From assembly GCF_009914755.1 (NCBI RefSeq), contig NC_060932.1: DNA of 64,000 bases. One strand, given 5' to 3'. Source of the stretch: the human T2T-CHM13v2.0 reference genome, Homo sapiens. The position numbers and the translations under genes are program-made. The notes beneath the pieces were generated by a model. The model searched no databases, had not been told where the DNA came from, and saw only the letters and a list, made by a program, of their open reading frames with translations. Shown here in pieces: positions 42,047-59,313 of the stretch (positions within the stretch are counted from its first letter, which is position 1; every line of letters begins with the position of its first letter).

Positions 42047-42600
42047 TGATATGGTTTGGCTGTGTCCCCACCCAAATCTCGAATTGTATCTCCCAGAATT
42101 CCCCTGTATTGTGGGAAGGACCCAGGGGGAGGTAATTGAATTGTGGGAGCTGCTCTTTCCCTTGCTATTCTTGTGATAGTGAGTAAGTCTCATGAGATTG
42201 AGGCCGAGGCTGGCAGATCAGCTGAGGCCAGGAGTTCGAGACCAGCCTGGCCAAGGTGACAATACCTCATCTCTACTAAAAATAGAAAAATTAGCCCAGT
42301 GTGGTGGTGGGTGCCTGTAATCCCAGCTACTTGGGAGGCTAAGGCAGGAGAATTGCTTGAACCCCAGGCGGCGGAGGTTGCAGTGAGCCGAGATCGCGCC
42401 AGTGCACTTCAGCCTGGGCAACAGGTCACTTTTGCTTTTTCTTCATTCTCTCTTGTCACCGCCATGTAAGAAGTCCCTTTCACCCTTTGCCATGATTCTG
42501 AGGCCTCCCCAGCCATGTGGAACTGTAAGTCCAGTTAAACCTCTTTTTCTTCCCAGTCTCGGGTATGTCTTTATCAGCAGCATGAAAACAGACTAATACA
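42047..42600 (+). mobile_element. THE1 (MaLR) LTR interrupted by a tail-less Alu fragment (~42199-42424)
   Basis: Starts TGATATGGTTTGGCTGTGTCCCCACCCAAATCTC and ends GAAAACAGACTAATACA. Confidence 0.88.
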
Positions 42601-43509
42601 GGTGTAGGCTCCGAAGCCAGAAGAGGTCAGTTTGAGTTCTGACACCGCCGTGTGTTGAAGATGCTAAACTTGAGCTAGCGACTTATCATTGTGTGCCTCA
42701 ATTTCCCCCTCTGCAAGATAGGAGTGACTTTATAACCACATGATTTAAATGATAGAAAGTAATTACAGACTGGCCACGGTGGCTCACACCTGTAATCCCA
42801 GCATTTTGGGAGCCTGGGAGGGTGGTGGGGATCACTTGAGATCAGGAGTTCAAGACCAGCCTGGTCAACGTGGCAAAACACCATCTCTACTAAAATCTAC
42901 TTGCCTCAGAGTTGTTGTGAGGATTAAATGAGTTAGTGCGTAAAACATGCTTAGAATGGGGCCTGGCCCATAGGAAGTGCTCAGTACCTTTTGCTGTTTC
43001 AGCTACTATTATCTAGATTGTTATGGCTGGAACATGTGAACCATCTTAAAGTGGAGAGGTTACAAAGGTCAGGCATGGGAGTCTGTGGCCCAGAGGAAAT
43101 ATTTGGACTGAGATTATAGATTTGAGGATATCAGCCTAAAAACTGAATTTCTGTTAGGGAAAGAGTAAAAAGAAAAGGCAACGGGGCCCAGAACTGAGCC
43201 CTGAAGGAGCTCCAACTGTAAGAGGCCAGGAGGAAGAATGAGAGAGTAACTAACTGGTAGTGAAGTAAACAGAGAACCAAGAGATGCTTTCTAGCCATCA
43301 TCTTCCACCACTGTTGTTTCATAACATGGATTAAGAAGTTGGGGCATTAAAGTTACTGCAGAGATAACTTAAAAAAAAAAAAAAAGGAAAAGTTGGCATT
43401 ATATTATCCTGGGATTTGAGATCCTGATTAGCTGGGATTATAGGCATGTGCCATCACATGGCTAATTTTTGTGTTTTTTGTAGAGATGGGGTTTCGCCAT
43501 GTTGCGTAG

Positions 43510-43629
<120 letters not shown>

Positions 43630-44088
43630 TAATTAATTATTCAGGCTGGGCTCAGTGGCTCATGCCTGTAATTCCAGCACTTTGGGAGGCCAAGGCAGGC
43701 AGATCACCTGAGGTCAGGAGTTGCGAGACCAGCCTGTCCAACATGGCAAAACCCCGTCTCTACTAAAAACACAAAAATTAGCTGGGCATGATAGACACCT
43801 GGTAATCCCAGCTACTCAGGAGGCTGAGGCAGGAGAATTGCTTGAACCTGGGAGGGGGGAGTTTGCAGTGAGCCGAGATCGCGCCATTGCACTCTAGCCT
43901 GGGTGACAGAGTGAGACTACATTTCAAAATTAAAATAAAATAAAATAAATAATCCATCTCAAGGATTACTAATCCTGTCCACACATGAGTTAAATATGGA
44001 AAGCTGTGTCCAATAACCTTTGGCCTATGAGCTTATTTATTAAAGGAGACCAAAACACATATAAAAGAAGTTTAAAAAAACAGATTCA

Positions 44089-44403
<315 letters not shown>

Positions 44404-44871
44404 CTACACTCCAGCCTGGGCGACAGAGCAAGACTGCATCTCAGAAAGAAAAAAAAAAAAGAAAGTAATTACAAACTATTCATTCAGTCCTTTCAAATAT
44501 ATAAAATAGGAGAGAAACCACAAAGGCACTGGAATTAACATCCAGGACATTATAAAACAATTACTATTTTAAAGTCTTAAGTACCAGCAAGCCTTTCAGG
44601 GTAGCTAAATTAAGCCTATCATGTCAGATAGTTATTACCCAGCTTAATCTCTGGTGATTAGAATAAGGCATGCAGTGTTGCTACCAGATCCAGATAGAAC
44701 CATAGCATTATCATTTACAACTTCTTTTCCTAACCTCGATTGCCTTAGAAAAGGAATCCCGCTACTGGAATTGTGTAGCTTTAATCTGAGGGGAAAGAAA
44801 GCAGAGTGACATGAATTTAACATTAATTAAATATTTTTTCTGGAAGAATTCATATGAGTATAATGGGGTTA

Positions 44872-45192
<321 letters not shown>

Positions 45193-45719
45193 TTACGAAA
45201 ATTAATATAGCAATTTTATCTTGATATCTTTTTACATTGGTGACAGCTATCTGAAGATTTCCTCCAGCCAGACAGAGCAGAACTCTTTCTCACTTTTGCA
45301 GGTGATCCTTTCCATGATCTGGTAGAAGAAAGCTAAATTCCTATTTATATTGAAATGAGGCATATAGGAGAATCTACTGGAATAAAGAAAGAAAATATAA
45401 GAAAATGAGTTTAAAAATTTATTTTTGAGGCTGGGTCCCACTCTGTCACCAGGCTGGAGTGCAATGTCGCACACAATCTGGGCTTACTGCAATCCCTACC
45501 TCTTGGGCTCAAGCGATTCTCCCACCTTAGCCTCCCAAGTAGCTGTAACTAGAGGCATGAGCCACCATGCCTGGCTAATTTTTTGTAGAGATGGGGTTTT
45601 GTCATGTTGCCCAGGCTGGTCTCAAACTCCTGAGCTCAAGCAATTCGTCATTCTCGACGTCCCAAAGTGCTAGGATTACAGGCATGAGCCACCCTACCCG
45701 CCCTCAATTTTTTCAGTGT

Positions 45720-46930
45720 TATAAAAATTGACTATACTGGGAAAGAATGTGGAACTGGCATAGATTGGAGGAGACACAATTAAATGCACTGTGGGATCCT
45801 GGATTAGATTCTGGAAAAGAAAAAGGACATTGAAGGGGAACAGGTAAAATTCAAATTAGTTGTACAGTTTAATAGTGTTGTACCAATGTTAATTTCCTGG
45901 TTTTGGTAGTTATGCTACAGCTAGGTAAATTGTTAATAGGGGAAGCAGGGTGAAGGGTATACGTGAATTCTGCTGTGTTTGTAACTTTCCTATATGTCTA
46001 AAATGACATCAGAATAAAAAGTTAAAGCACAGGTAGTTCAGTCCACTGACCTAGAAGCTCAAAGAGTAATGTTTGAAAAGCATGTATGTGTGGCATATTG
46101 TGTTACACACTCATAGCCCTGAGTAGAAGTAGACTTCATGGAATTTTATTTGTGAAATTTTGTTTGGCAAAGAATTATAACATCAAGTGTCTGTACTATG
46201 CATAATATGAAACAGGAGTTCATCCATATTTCTAATTAATTTTGTGGTAGATTTGTCTTTCTGGTCAAACTTACTTTCTTCACTGGGCAGACAAATTTAG
46301 CCTGAAGAAAGAAATGGCCAGATAAGTTGTCAAGAAATGATGGCTACTTATATATACAGTCACCTGATTTAGGCTAAAGACACCACTACATTTATTGGAG
46401 AAAGGATGGTCTTTTCAATAAATGGTTCTGGGTGAAATTGATAAGAGAAAGACAGACACCTCACAAAAGAAGATATCCATAAGAGAATATTCTCCACATT
46501 GCAAGTTATAGGGAATTGCAAATTACAGCTACAGTAGTAAATTACCGTGCCCCTTCAAAATGACCAACATTAACGCAGTTAACAGTACCACCTATTGGTA
46601 TCGATGCCAAACAGCTGGAACTCTCAAATCACGGCTGGGAATGTAAATCACGCCAACCACTTTGGAAAACTAAAGCTAAATATACATCTACCCTATGGCC
46701 CTGCATTCCACTCCTTGATATACGTACACTCCAGGAGTGAAGGCTACACAACTCAGTCCTAGATATATACCCTAGGGAAACAGGTGCTTCATAAATCTGT
46801 CGTCAGCCATGTATAAAAATGGTCATAGTAGCTTTATTTATGATAGCCAAAAGTTGGAAACAATCCAGATTTCCAATGGCAGAATGGGCAAAAATGAAGC
46901 AATCAGAGATGAAATGATATAAGCAAAATG
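45720..46930 (+). mobile_element. Old L1M-type fragments
   Basis: Degenerate L1 3' text (tgtgggatcctggattagattctgg; ggtcttttcaataaatggttctggg; accactttggaaaac...ccctatggccctgcattccactcc). Confidence 0.6.
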
Positions 46931-47343
46931 GGTGATGAGAATTAACTGTACTGTGTGTATGCTTATATATGTATGTGCATGTTTTGAAGTTTTGATAATG
47001 AAAACTGAGAAATAGGAAACAGCAACAAAAAAGAATGATGAACCTGAGGAGGGCCGCCTTTCCTGATGGCTCTCAGCATCACAAACTAAGGCTCATCTCT
47101 CTCTGGCATTTGGAAAGGGCCCTTGGCTGCCTACCTGCCCTCTTCACATACCGCAGACTAACTTGGCAGTCTGCACAGCTTGCCGGCTTGTGCATAAAGA
47201 TCCTGACAGCCTTGAGGAAATAGAACTACAGCAGCAGGGGAAGCTGAGCCAGGGGAACCATCCTGGCCCTTTATTTTCTTTACTTTTGTATTTTATTTTT
47301 TGAGACAGGGTCTTGCTCTGTCGCCCAGGCTGGAGTACAGTAG

Positions 47344-47502
<159 letters not shown>

Positions 47503-47661
47503 TGAACTCCTGGGCTCAAGTGATCCATCCACCTTGGCCTCCAAAAGTCCTGGGATTGCAGGAGTGAGCCACCGCGCCCGGCCTGGCTCTTTATTTTCAT
47601 CAATCTGCCCTCCCATCCTTTCAAAAAAAGTAGCATACTCTACATCTTGACTTTTTTTTAA

Positions 47662-47859
<198 letters not shown>

Positions 47860-48504
47860 TAGTAGAGACAGGGTTTCAGCATGTTGGACAGTCTGTTCTT
47901 GAACTCCTGACCTCAAGTGATCCACCTGCGTCGGCCTCCCAGAGTGCTGGGATTACAGGCATGAACGACTGCGCCCGTCCTAAATGTTTATTTTCAAGGA
48001 GACTTTTTGCAAAAGTATGCCTTTGTATGTATGAGAAGACCACTAGAGTTGGTGAAGTCACTTGGATCATCTAGGCTAGCCATTTTACTATTCTTCTCTA
48101 GAATTGAAGAATGGATGGAAAGCCACGGTTATTGGAGTTGGGAATGAGTCACCTAGATTTAACCTATGTGAGGAGCAGTGACATTTGGACTAGGACTACC
48201 ACCAACCCAAGACAACCTCAGAGTGGGAGTCACCCTCACTCTACTTCCCTCTTTGTGATCTCATTCCCTCACCAGAGGGCGGAGGGCAAAAGAGCTGTAT
48301 GTTGATAGCCCAAACAAATCACTGCCTGTGGCAGAGAACAGGGCGTTGAAGAATGGATTTGGAACAGCACCAGAAGCCAGCTGGTAGAGCCACTCCCCTG
48401 CTTACCTTGATGTTCCACCTAACCAAACTGTGTACATTTCCCTACTTTGCCTACAAGAATACTATAAAAAGCTCTGCTAATGTCTTACTGAAATCGTAGG
48501 ATGT

Positions 48505-49030
48505 TATATTAGTCAGGGTTCCCTAGAGGGACAGAACTAATGGGATATATTTAAGTAAGTTTATTAAGGAGGATTGACTTATATGACCACAAGGTAAAGT
48601 CCCATGATAGGCCATCTGCAAGTTGAGGAGCAAGGAAGCCAGTGATGGATCAGTCCAAGTCCCAAAACCTCAAAAGTAGGGAAGCTGACAGTGCAGCCTT
48701 CAGTTTGTGGCCAAAGGCCGGAGAGCCCCTGGAAAACCACTGGTGTAAGTCCAGGAGTCCAAAAGCGGAAGAATCTGGTGTCTGATGTTTGAGGGCAAGA
48801 AGCATCCAGCACGGGAGAAAGATGGAAGCCGGAAGACTCAGCAAGTCTGCTCTTCATCTTCTCCTACCTGCTTTATTCTAGCCAGGCTGGCAGCTGGTTA
48901 GATGGTACCCATATCCCAGTCCACTGACTGAAATGTTAATCTCCTTTGTCAACGCCCTCACAGGCACACCCAGGAACAATACTTTGCATCCTTCAGTCCA
49001 GTCAAGTTGACACTCCAGATGCATTAAGCC
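48505..49030 (-). mobile_element. MLT2A-like (HERV-L) LTR
   Basis: tattagtcagggttccctagagggacagaactaat...gtcccaaaacctcaaaagtagggaagc...caagttgacact resembles the recalled MLT2A2. Confidence 0.75.
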
Positions 49031-49656
49031 TACAGAATCCCCTGGATCTGTTGAGGTCCTGTTTGCCACTGGCTAAGAAGGAGTTAGATCAGCTCTGGTG
49101 TCCAGTATTCCTCCTTTCATGCTCTTAACGTGCTCACCGGCTGCTTCTCCAATGCATTTTATTGTTGTTTACATTTTAATGTTTTTGAAATCAGGATGTG
49201 ATTTGCAATTTAGTAGAGATTTAGTATGCAGATTATGTTTTCCCCTCTAGATCTCTGTCGAAAAAATGCAAAGCTTTTAGAGAAGTTGCATGTACAATGA
49301 AAACCAATATTATTTTTCTCATTGACAATAATTTGTTCTGCCAGATCTAGGAAAAGCAGTTTAAAAAAACCAATAGTTTGGGGTTCATTTTTATAAAATT
49401 ATTTCTTATTAAATATTGAGTAGGTATAAAAGAATATTTATAAAATATTTATTACCTGTAGCAAATAATGGTGCTACAAGCAGTTGTGTACCTGCCAAGT
49501 TGGTTTAAGATATTTTTGTCCGGGTGCGGTGACTTATGCCTGTAATCCCATAGTGACAATGCCCAGGCAATTGAAGCTGCAATGAGCCATGATCACACCA
49601 CTGCAACTCCAGATTGGGAGACCAAACAAGACCCCTTATTTACCAGAGATTGACTA

Positions 49657-49791
<135 letters not shown>

Positions 49792-50776
49792 CTACTAAAA
49801 ATATAAAAATTGGCATGGTGGAGCACACCTGTAGTCTCAGGTACCTAGGGGGTGAGGTGGGAGACTTGCTTGAGCCTGGGAGACTTGCTTGAGCCTGGGA
49901 TGTGGAATTTGCATTGAGCCAATGTTGTCCCACTGCATTCCAGCCTGGGCGACAGAGTGAGACTCTGTCTCAAAAAAATAAAAAGAAAAAAGAAAAAAGA
50001 AATAAAATAGAATGAACCAGATGATATGGCTGTCTTAGAGCAAGCAAGAGAGTGGGACAAGGTGAGGCGAGATTAGAGAGGTAGACTGCTCTGGAATAAA
50101 GAGGAACATCAAGGCCTTGATAAGAAATGAAGGTTTTATTTTTATTTATTTATTTTTTTGAGATGGAGTCTCGCTCTATCGCCCAGACCGGAGTGCAGTG
50201 GCGCGATCTCGGCTCAACTGCAAGCTCTGTCTCCCAGGTTCATGCCATTCTTCTGCCTCAGCCTCCCAAGTAGCTGGGTCAGCAGGTGCCCACCACCACG
50301 CCCGGCTAATTTTTTGTATTTTTAGTACACATGGGGTTTCACTGTGTTAGCCAGGATGGTCTCAATCTCCTGACCTCGTGATCGCCCTCCTCGGCCTCCC
50401 AAAGTGTTGGGATTATAGGTGTGAGCCACTGCACCTGGCCGGAGTTTTTATTTTAAATAAGATCGGAAGCTATGAAGGCTTTCATTAGAGCTTTGAGGCA
50501 CACATGAGTTTATAAAGTAGAAGTTAGACACCTATATATCTATAAAGTAATACCTAATTCATTATTTATATAATCCAGTGGACCAGAAGAACAAACATTA
50601 AAAAAATCTGTAAACCAATATCCCTTTTTCTATTTTGAAATAATCTCTTAGTATAAAGTATTTACTAACTTTATGCTAGTTTATTTACAAAATGCCTTTG
50701 AGAAGAGACTGAAAGTATTCAGTGGATCCACTACTGATTGTCTTTTTTAAAAAAATTCTTTTTAATCTTTCGGCAG

Positions 50777-50850
50777 ACATGTGCATTGCCATTGCGATTT
50801 CTCTTCTCATGATCCTGATATGTGCTATGGCTACTTACGGAGCGTACAAG
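50777..50850 (+). CDS. LAPTM4B: LAPTM4B exon 3 (74 nt)
   Basis: GGCAG acceptor; (N)MCIAIAISLLMILICAMATYGAYK; donor AAG|GTAAGC; restores phase 0. Confidence 0.97.
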
Positions 50851-51070
50851 GTAAGCAGCTTGCAGTAAGATGCTGGCCTTTTCCTTGGTCTCTTACATGT
50901 GTAATCTGTGCTGCTGTCTATAGTGAGAAGTGACTTTCCAGTTTTCTGTTAAGAATCTCTGTTTAAATCTCTCGTTTGTATTATGTGGTACTAGGAAAAC
51001 CAATATTATACTGGAAATTTTTTTTTTTTTGGGAAGACGGGGTCTCACTCTGTCACACAGGCTGGAGTAG

Positions 51071-51229
<159 letters not shown>

Positions 51230-51509
51230 TAGTCTCGAACTCCTGACCTTAAGTGATCCACCCACCTCAGCCTCCCAAAATGCTGGGATTACAGGTGTGA
51301 GACACCACACACAGCCAGTCCTGGAAATGTTCACTGAAGCTTATTTGTTGACTGCTTATATTTGGCATACTGGTTTCCACCATGACCTGGGTTAATGAAT
51401 TCCAATTTTTCCATTTCCTTTCAGATTAATAAAATACTTCTTTGAATTTAAGAAAAATATTGTTTTATAATATTGAACACATTAACTTTCTATTTTCTGT
51501 TCTGTTTAG

Positions 51510-51632
51510 CAACGCGCAGCCTGGATCATCCCATTCTTCTGTTACCAGATCTTTGACTTTGCCCTGAACATGTTGGTTGCAATCACTGTGCTTATTTATC
51601 CAAACTCCATTCAGGAATACATACGGCAACTG
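51510..51632 (+). CDS. LAPTM4B: LAPTM4B exon 4 (123 nt)
   Basis: TTTAG acceptor; QRAAWIIPFFCYQIFDFALNMLVAITVLIYPNSIQEYIRQL; donor CTG|GTACGT. Confidence 0.97.
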
Positions 51633-51785
51633 GTACGTGGACCTCTTACTGCTCCTTTTCATTAATTCTTTTCATTAGGGAAGCTGGTTAAGTAAGGGAT
51701 GTGTAGAGATACACAGACATTAATTTCAGGATTTTTAGCTTGCAGCTGAGTTGCTGATAGGAAATTTCTTTTTTTTTTTTTTTGA

Positions 51786-52100
<315 letters not shown>

Positions 52101-52120
52101 TGATGTGCCTACCTAAATTA

Positions 52121-52388
<268 letters not shown>

Positions 52389-52706
52389 CTAAAAAGAAAA
52401 ATCAAAAGAAAGTGGAAAGAAAGTGGAACACTGCTGTATACTAGCTCCCAAATTTGTTTGACCATAGAATCCCTTTCTCAAGCATCATTTTGGGACTAGT
52501 TTACGGTTAAATGTCCTTTGTGACCATATGAGTGAATATTGGTGGCAGGGTATTAAGAAGCTTATAATGGCTATGAGGTTGGAATAACTTTATTTATTTT
52601 TGGGACAGGGTCTCTGTCACCCAGGCTGGAGTGCAGTGGTGTGATTATGGCTTGCTGCAGCGTTGACCTCCCAGGCTCCCGTGATCCTCCCATCTCAACC
52701 TCTTGA

Positions 52707-52913
<207 letters not shown>

Positions 52914-54592
52914 TGAGACAGAGTCTCACTCTGTCACCTAGGCTGGAGTGCAGTGTTGTGATCTCGGCTCACTGCAACCTCCGCCTCCCTGGGTTCAAGC
53001 CATTCTCCTGCCTCAGTCTCCCGAGTAGCTGGGATTACAGGCACCCGCTACCAAGCCTGGCTAATTTTTTGTATTTTTAGTAGAGATGGGGTTTCACCAT
53101 CTTTTCCAGGCTGGTCTCAAACATTTAGCCTCAGGGGATCCACCCTCATCGGCCTCCCAGAGTGCTAGGAATACAGGCGCCCACTACCATGCCTGGCTAA
53201 TTTTTGTATTTTTTTTTTTTAGTAGAGGTGGGGTTTTGCCATGTTGACCAGGCTGGTCTCGAACTCCTGACCTCAGGTGATCCGCCCACCTTGGCCTCCC
53301 AAAGTGCTGAGATTACAGGCGTGAGCCACCATGCCCAGCCTGCAACCTCAATCTTCTGGGCTCAAGTGATCCTCCCACCTTAGCCTCCCAAGTAGTTTGG
53401 ACTACAGACATGCACCACCATGCCCGGCTAAATTTGTATTTTTAGTAGAGATGGGGTTTGACTATGTTGTCCAGGCTGGTCTCAAACACCTGCACTCAAG
53501 CAATCTGCCTGCCTCAGCCTCCCAAAGTGCTGAAATTACAGGCATGAGCCACTGTGCTTGGCCAAGTTATTTTATTAATAAAAGAGTAAAGTTGCATGAT
53601 CTGATCACAAAGAATGACGATTTTATTTCTTAGATATTTTGTCCCAAGTGAAAGGAGACTGAAAACCATTAGGTGGTGTTCACCCTGGTGAGCAGGAGCC
53701 AAGCCCATGAGTCATGGGCCTTCTCCATGTTCTTCCTCAACATTGGAAACAACTTTGTTTTGGAATATTGCTCGTGAGGAATCCAAACACATAGTGTTGA
53801 ATGGTGAAGAGGAGATAAAAGATGAGATAGCACAGTAGGCTGCCTTCCCATTCACTTGCCTAGGCCAGTGATGTAGGCGTTGATCAATGCTGTGTGAGTG
53901 TTTTGTGGGGAAAGTCCGGCAACTCCCTCTAACCATAGTAGCAGACTTTGATCCTCCTGAAAAGGTTCCCTCTGACCTGGTTGTTAAGCATTGTGGATGG
54001 TAGTGCTTGATTATTTCCCCCCACCCTGGAAGTACTTGCTAGTATAAGAGAATATGCTGTCTTGGGAGAAGTACCATCAACAAAAATGCTCTTTGCAAAG
54101 AAGACCTCATTTTAGTAGGTTTCTGTCCCTTGCCCTGCATACGCCCTTTAGAATGGTTCAGAACTTTTGAGACATGGTCTGGCTCTGTCGCCCGGGCGGC
54201 TGGAGTGCAGTGGCATGATCTCGCTCACTGCAACCTCCACCACCAGGGCTCAAGTGATTTGCTCACCCCAGCCTCCCAAGTAGCTGAGCTGGGCGACAGA
54301 GAGAAACTCCATCTCAAAAAAGAAAAAAAAAAAAAAAAAGGAATGGTTCAGAACTTGCAGAGAATACAAATTTCAGAGATCCCTGGATATACAAAATGTC
54401 CCTGGATACAGATCACTGACGTCTTTTATATGGTAAGAGGGCAGAGTCAGGCTAGAAATTTTGTATTGGTTCTAAATAATAGCTGTCTGCTTTAATCAGT
54501 TGCTTTCTGATAAGCATGTCTGAATTGGTGCCCAAGGAATACTGTCTGGAATGATTAATGAGATTTGCTAATGAGGCCCTTTTCTTTTGCAG

Positions 54593-54691
54593 CCTCCTAA
54601 TTTTCCCTACAGAGATGATGTCATGTCAGTGAATCCTACCTGTTTGGTCCTTATTATTCTTCTGTTTATTAGCATTATCTTGACTTTTAAG
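54593..54691 (+). CDS. LAPTM4B: LAPTM4B exon 5 (99 nt)
   Basis: TTTGCAG acceptor; PPNFPYRDDVMSVNPTCLVLIILLFISIILTFK; donor AAG|GTAAGC. Confidence 0.97.
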
Positions 54692-56172
54692 GTAAGCATG
54701 AAGATTTTACTTATAGTCTAAAAATATTAAGTGTATTCCTGAATACCAAATAAGTAAACAAACTTTGGTCAGTTTATTGTCTTTCTTTGGACATCCAAAT
54801 TACTTTTTGATTTCCTAAGATTACAATTCTTTATGCTGTCTATGTTGGAGGTAAACACTAATCAAAATTCCACAGTTTGATCAAGGAGTCCAAAATATAT
54901 TTGGACAGAGATAAGTTAACATAATGTTATACATTACATAGTATATGATATTGCAACGTCTGTTACAAGGTCTGTGTAATGGATATTCTTTTGTAATTTT
55001 TTGCTAAAAGTGTAATATTTTCTGAATATTGTTCTATCTCAATCCATTATATGAATATCATTATTTAATAAATTACTTGAGCATTGAGACATTTTTTACT
55101 TTTTCACTTAATAGGGCTGCAGTGAATATATTTAAGTACATCCTTATATTTATGCATTTATCTCAAGATAAATTTCCTTTTTTTTTTTTTTTTTTTTTTT
55201 GAGATGGAGTCTCGCTCTGTCGCCCAGGTTGGAGTGCAGTGGCGCAACCTCGGCTTACTGCGAGCTTCGCCTCCCGGCTTCACGCCATTCTCTTGCCTCA
55301 GCCTCCCCAGTAGGTGGGACCACAGATACCCGCCACCATGCCCAGCAAATTTTTTTGTATTTTTAGTAGAGATGGGGTTTCACTGTGTTAGCCAGGATGG
55401 TCTCGATCTCCTGACCTCATGATCCGCCCACCTTGGCCTCCCAAAGCTGGGATTGCAGGCATGAGCCACTGTGCCCGGCTTCAAGATAAATTTCTTAAAA
55501 TCAGGGTGTTCATGGTTGGAAAGCCTTTGATAGGTTGTCAAATTGATGCCTCCCAAAGTTAAATGACTTCTACTTCCTGCAGCAGTGCCTCACCCTTATC
55601 AATCAATTACTGCAAATTCTTTTTCATCTTGGTCAATCTGTTTATAAAACCATCATTATAACTTGTGCTTATGAGCTACTAATGGGTAGAAAACTCTCAT
55701 GGCTCTTTATGCTTTCAACTTTTTTCTTTTTTTATTTATTTTTCTTTCTTTCTTTTTTTTTTTTTTTTTTTTGAGGTAAGGTCTCTCCCTGTAGTCTAGG
55801 CTGCCTCCTGCCTTGGTTTCCCAAAGTTTTGGGATTACAGGTGTGAACCACTGCACCCAGCATACTTTGAATTTTTGAATCTCAATGCCTTTCATTGTCT
55901 TAATTTTGGCATAAAATTACGTCATTCTTCAAAAATCATGCCTCAGTAAACTTGGGAAAGCTGCATTGAGGCAGAAAATTCATATAGGTACTGTGATGAA
56001 AAGGAGTAGAAAGAAAGTGGTTCATTGGAAACCAGTTGGCCAGGTGAAATGGCTCACACCTGTGATCCCAACACTTTGGGAGGCTGAAGTGAGAAGATTG
56101 TTTGAGCTGGGAGTGTGAGGCTGTAGTGTGCTATGATAGCAGCACTGTACTTCAGCCTGGGTGACAGAGTGA

Positions 56173-56358
<186 letters not shown>

Positions 56359-56794
56359 TAGTAGAGACGGGTTTCACCATGTTGGCCATGCTGGTGTCAA
56401 ACTCCTGACCTCAGGTGATTTGCCTGCCTCGGCCTCCCAAAGTGCTGGGATTACAGGCATAAGTCACCACACCTGGCTGGGGACACCGTCTCTTAAAAAA
56501 TAAATAAGGCCGGGTGTGGTGGCTCATGCCTGTAATCCCAGCACTTTGGGAGGCCAAGACGGGTGGATCACGAGATCAGGAGATCGAGACCATCCTGGCT
56601 AACATGGTGAAACCCTGTCTCTACTAAAAATACAAAAAATTAGTTGGGCATGGTGGCGGGCGCCTGTAGTCCCAGCTACTTGGGAGGCTGAGGCAGGAGA
56701 ATGGCATGAACCCAGGAGGCAGCTTGCAGTGAGATGAGATCGAGCTACTGCACTCCAGCCTGGGCGACTCCATCTCAAAAAAAAAATAGTGAAA

Positions 56795-57361
56795 TGTTGG
56801 GGTGATCAGACCCAACACCAGGTCGTGGGGGTTGTGAAGTCCGGCGGAGTCAGAGGAATGAGACAAGACAAGAGTACATAGAGTGGGTCCAGGGGTCCAG
56901 CGCCAGTTTGGAGGCTGCGAAGGCCCTGAGCTCTGGGAGTCCACACTATTTATTGGTAATCAAACAAAGAAGCAGGTAGTGAGGACGTGTGGATGTGGGG
57001 GTGGACAGGTGAGGACGTGAGGATAGAAAGGTAGTGGTGCATCAAGCGTAGCCGTGACGGTTTTGCATATGCTCTGCTACTTGAGATAAGGGAGAACAGG
57101 TTCTTCTAATTCGAGATGCAATCAATTTGTGATCTTGGGAGAGCAAGGAGCAAGGGGCCAGCGAGTCTGGATATATTCCACAGGCTACAAGGGGTTTTAT
57201 GCTCTGGGCTTAGATTGTAGTGCGGCAGGGCAGCCTTCCACCCTTTGGCACAGAGCTTGGTGTTCCATAGGCCACAAGGGGTTATAGACCCTGGACCCAG
57301 GACATGTTCCAAGACACTTTTACCTTATGTCAGAAGCCCTGCCTCAGCTCTTCTGCCAACA
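56795..57361 (-). mobile_element. HERV-K-group solo LTR (LTR14-like) in an Alu A-rich tail region
   Basis: TGTTGG...CCAACA inverted termini; minus strand starts TGTTGGCAGAAGAGCTGAGGCAGGGCTT; poly(A) signal (+ strand tttatt ~56949). Confidence 0.65.
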
Positions 57362-57969
57362 TAAATAAAAAAATAAAAACAAAAATAAATAAATAAATAA
57401 TGAAAGAAAATGAATTGAGTCTAAATTTCCATCATAAAACACCATGATTTCATGTGTCATTCAGCAGTTAAGGATGGGAGTGAATTTTACACACGGATCT
57501 TGGGCCTTACTGCCTTGCAGCTCCAGCTCCTCCGCTCCAGTTTCTTGGCTGGTATTTGGCCCCACATGTTGTCCTCTGACCTCCAAGCCTGTGAGGCTAG
57601 GGCTGCCTACCATCCAGGCTGCAGGCAGGGCTGGCAGTGCCCCCTGGTGAAAGGCCACAGACTCACATCTCACTCATTGTAGTTCGTCTTTGAAGGGTAG
57701 ACTCCCCTTTTGACTTCTGCTTGTTTTTGGTCAGTCTCCCATGACTTAAAATTTGTGTGTGTGAGTAATTTTTCTAGATTTTATAAATCTTACCTGCAGG
57801 AAGGTTAGTCTGACCAAGCTAACTCTGCCATTACCAGAAACTCGAAGCTAGGACCTCACAATTACTTTTAAAATCTTTTAAACATTTTCACTTGTACTTA
57901 TTTGAAATGCCCACATCACATTTTGAGTCAGAGGACCTAGGGTTAGCTTCTGTCAGTATGACTTCTATT

Positions 57970-58008
<39 letters not shown>

Positions 58009-58274
58009 TTAAGGCACAACCATGTTCATCATTACTAGTCATATGGTCTAAATTAGCAAAACCATAGCAGAATAAAATATACTACTCATTGATGTATTTA
58101 TACAGACATTAAAAGATATTTTTGAATGCACTTAATTTTTTAAAAAAATTTTGTGGGTACATACCAAGTGTATATATTTATGGGGTATATGAGATATTTT
58201 GATACAGTGCAGAATAATCACATCATGGAAAATCGGGTGTCCATCCCCTTAAGCATTTAGTCATACTCTTTTAG

Positions 58275-58488
<214 letters not shown>

Positions 58489-58708
58489 TAGCCAGGGTGG
58501 TCTCTATCTCCTGACTTTGTGATCCGCCCACCTCGGCCTCCTAAAGTACTGGGATTACAGGTGTGAGCCACAATGCCCGGCCCACTAAATAGTTCTAATT
58601 CAATATTGCAGAAGTGTGAAATAAGAAATAAGGTCAATGAAAGAAGTACCTGGGCTTTTCAAGACAGCAGGTCGAGGTTTTTCCCCTTTTGGAGTGTGTA
58701 GTAGGTAA

Positions 58709-59313
<605 letters not shown>

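Noticed and set aside
48985-49012. MLT2A as a DUX4-driven embryonic promoter
   Set aside because: The position where I recall the DUX4-type CAATCCAATCA motif reads CAGTCCAGTCA here, so the site appears decayed; the recall is not verified.
49855-49900. 19-bp tandem duplication GGGAGACTTGCTTGAGCCT inside an Alu (similar small duplications at ~4095-4135 and ~5165-5210)
   Set aside because: Ordinary slippage duplications within Alus; unrelated in sequence to the exon 1 19-bp polymorphism.
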